Below are positions 61,669 through 64,000 of a stretch of DNA of 64,000 nucleotides, piece after piece (the stretch's first letter is position 1; each line of letters starts with the position of its first letter). Below the pieces are notes generated by a model. It searched no databases and had not been told where the DNA came from. It saw nothing but the letters and a program-made list of their open reading frames with translations. Source of the stretch: Rebecca billardiae RCC1528 (Eukaryota; Protista; Haptophyta); the NCBI GenBank assembly GCA_965240325.2, contig OZ251224.1:2480001-2544000 (forward strand), given 5' to 3'. Made by a program: the position numbers and the translations under genes.

Positions 61669-62811
61669 ATGATGGCGGCGTTGCTGCCGATGGTGGCAAT
61701 GTGCCTCCCGGTGGTCCCCACAACGACGACCTCCGTTTCGCGATCATGGGCTCGCGCGCCTGTCACATCCAATCGGCTGCACACACACGGCGCAATCCCA
61801 GTGATCAGCAGCCCCGCCGAGCGCGATGATGCCGCGCGTGCCTCGGAGAGGATGCCACAGGTCAGTGTCGAGGAGGGCATCCACTTGGTGTACACGTTTG
61901 CCGGCACCACGCACACCCAGCGCGTTGTCCGCTCGATGGCATCCGCACTGCGCTTCGCATCGCCCCAGACAGCAAAGCGGCTGCGCTTCCACCTCTTCAC
62001 AGACAACGCGACTATCACGCGCCTCGCTCACAAGCGCATCGTCAGCGTCTTCGGGCCAAGCCGCGTACGCCTGTACGCAGACTCCCTCGGCGTCGTCACG
62101 CCTGCGCGGCGCGTGCGGCAGGCGTTGGACCGCGCTGCGTTCAGCCATGCGTCGAATTACATGCGCTTCTACGTGCCGGCCATCTTCGCGCGGCTAGGGC
62201 TGCGTCGCTTCCTCTACCTTGACTCGGACACCCTCGTGATTCATGACGTGGGTCCGCTGTACGATGGCGCATTCGCGCACACGCCGCACGCGGTGGCCAG
62301 CCCGCAGCAGCACGACGACCACTGCAGGCTCGAGAAGGTCGTCAACATGGACGCCCCGAAGATCGTGGCGGCGCTGCACGACGCGCCGCAGCGGCCGTGC
62401 CTCGATGCGGGTGTGCTGCTGGTGGACGTGCATCGCTGGCTGGCGGCGAATCTGACCGCGCAGGTTGAGTACTGGCTGGAGCAGAACACGCGCGAGTCGC
62501 TCTGGGCCCTCGGCTCGTTCCCGCCGCTCGTCGTCGTGCTGCGCAACCGCGACTGGGAGCGGCTGCCCCGTGCGCAGGCCTTTGACATGAAGCGACCGCG
62601 CGGAGTCGTACGCTTCTGCTGCAACCGCAACGAAAGCACGACTATCGACGTGCCGTGGGACACCGCGGTGGTGCTCCATCCCGTTAAGAAGCTGGTTGGG
62701 CGCACGCGACTCGACGAGCGCTTTGGTTGGATGCACCCGGAGGTCGAGCGCGCCATCCTCGACGGCCGATTCCACCGAGTGAAGCGTTTACACCCTTTGA
62801 TGCCAGCCTGA
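61669..62811 (+). CDS. Glycosyltransferase family 8 (GATL/GAUT-like), copy 2 (tandem duplicate)
   Basis: Protein is nearly identical to copy 1 over the catalytic domain. First in-frame ATG at 61669. Confidence 0.9.
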   Translation: MMAALLPMVAMCLPVVPTTTTSVSRSWARAPVTSNRLHTHGAIPVISSPAERDDAARASERMPQVSVEEGIHLVYTFAGTTHTQRVVRSMASALRFASPQTAKRLRFHLFTDNATITRLAHKRIVSVFGPSRVRLYADSLGVVTPARRVRQALDRAAFSHASNYMRFYVPAIFARLGLRRFLYLDSDTLVIHDVGPLYDGAFAHTPHAVASPQQHDDHCRLEKVVNMDAPKIVAALHDAPQRPCLDAGVLLVDVHRWLAANLTAQVEYWLEQNTRESLWALGSFPPLVVVLRNRDWERLPRAQAFDMKRPRGVVRFCCNRNESTTIDVPWDTAVVLHPVKKLVGRTRLDERFGWMHPEVERAILDGRFHRVKRLHPLMPA

Positions 62812-62884
62812 CTCCTGAGCATCTGCATGATACTGTACGACATGCAGTTTACTACGTCTGCTAGTTCTACTATTATGGCGCACG

Positions 62885-62940
62885 CCCCCCCCCCGGCCGA
62901 AAGGTCTGAGCGTGAGCGAAAGCCGGGGGGGGGGGGGGGC
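62885..62940. other. Small branched hairpin closed by poly-C/poly-G and flanked by 8-bp direct repeats
   Basis: C10-GGCCGAAAGGTCTGAGCGTGAGCGAAAGCC-G15, with GGCGCACG at 62877-62884 and 62941-62948. Confidence 0.7.
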
Positions 62941-63129
62941 GGCGCACGTGCTGCTCCGCAAAATCAATAAAGAAGATAATGGCGCGCGTGATGCTGCGCG
63001 GGTGGGGAGTTTGTACTTTCAGCAGGGGGAAAGCTGATGGTAATGAATGACATTCAACCCCCTTGATGACGGGTTGATTGATTGCGTCAATATGTGAGAT
63101 TCTCCCCTGCCCGTATTAATCCGCCTAAT

Positions 63130-63490
63130 CTTTGGATAGTAAGTAATCGAAGAATGCGAACTCAAATAGGAAGAAGGCGTCTGCATCACCTTTCTGATAT
63201 GGTGGGCCGTTCGTGATTCTCCTGCTGATATATACTTTTGGTTTGCTGATTCCAGTTCAACAAGTAAAGAATGATAGAATCTTGGTCCGAGAGTCGTCTC
63301 TTCGTCTTCACGCTCTTTTGAAAAACGGTGTTTTAGATAAGTAGCATCCCTCTCCTCTTAAGAGAACCACACTTCAAAAACAGCGTTTCAACGTGATGTG
63401 GTTAAGCCCCTTGATTCATACACATGAGCAGCGATCGGCTTTGATTCTGCCTCTTGTAGTAAAGTTTTATGGTACGAGTTAATGAACCGT
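63130..63490 (-). pseudogene. Low-GC degenerate coding fragment of probable foreign or mobile origin
   Basis: Markedly AT-richer than the genes. Hand translation gives RFINSYHKTLLQEAESK...*...*EERDATYLKHRFSKE...LLVELESANQKY with two in-frame stops. Family not recognised. Confidence 0.3.
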
Positions 63491-64000
63491 CGTCACTTCT
63501 GGGCTCTCGTCTGCCTATCTGATCTCTGTCCGTTTCTGGACGCTTGTCACTACCAAGTTAGTGTCAATAGTGACATACAGATGCAAGTGCAAAGCTAAAG
63601 AGGTGGGTACGCAATACACACTACGAAATGACTACGTACATCAGATAGTATACGGGGTTCAGGGTGCTTCGCAACTCGTGTCTCGTGAGTGCGCAGTGCT
63701 CACAGAGGCTGAATAAGACTCGAAGAGTCACGAGGGGAGCGGCCACCTTCGCCGGGCCGCTCGCGCCGGGCGCTCCTGCGGCCGTGAGGTCGGGTTGCGG
63801 AGGCGGCGCGGGGCTTGAGCGGTCGCAGAGCCTCCCGGCGCTCCTCGCTGCGCCGCGCGCCCGGGCGCGCCGTCGCAGCTGCGCACGCATGAGCGCGCGC
63901 TCCGGGCCGTGTGGGAGGGGAGACTGACATGACCCCTGCCCTCCTCGCGCCGCGCAACGCCGCCCACGCGCATCGCCGCTCGCACGCGCAGGCCTTCCTT

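Noticed and set aside
62885-62940. Canonical hammerhead ribozyme
   Set aside because: Has CUGA and GAAA but lacks the CUGANGA core and a properly placed NUH cleavage triplet.

Overview
Eukaryotic nuclear DNA of very high GC content, with short CG-dinucleotide-rich GT-AG introns and AT microsatellites between genes. The style suggests a haptophyte alga such as Diacronema/Pavlova, which is inference only. About 14 protein-coding genes are supported: RRP43 exosome subunit, NUP35, a UvrD/Srs2-like helicase, an SGNH/PC-esterase-like protein, an APT1-type carboxylesterase, an unknown coiled-coil protein, a PHD + KDM3-type JmjC demethylase, a membrane hybrid histidine kinase, TFIIIC subunit delta, a DUF3598 protein, two beta-propeller glycoenzyme-like proteins and a tandem pair of GT8 glycosyltransferases. 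Ten of these form five tight head-to-head pairs. The non-coding DNA is dominated by non-autonomous inverted-repeat elements. The largest is a >7 kb foldback CACTA element whose arms are arrays of a 14-bp hairpin motif; it ends 47 bp upstream of the RRP43 ATG. Others include a 2.7 kb foldback with a 4-bp TSD, a 2.0 kb MULE-like element in a bidirectional promoter, a 2.1 kb element with its 130-bp MITE derivative, a 2.9 kb element with 39-bp TIRs, and small hairpin modules. No transposase ORF, rRNA, tRNA or true CRISPR-Cas locus could be supported. All splice sites and alignments were read by eye.
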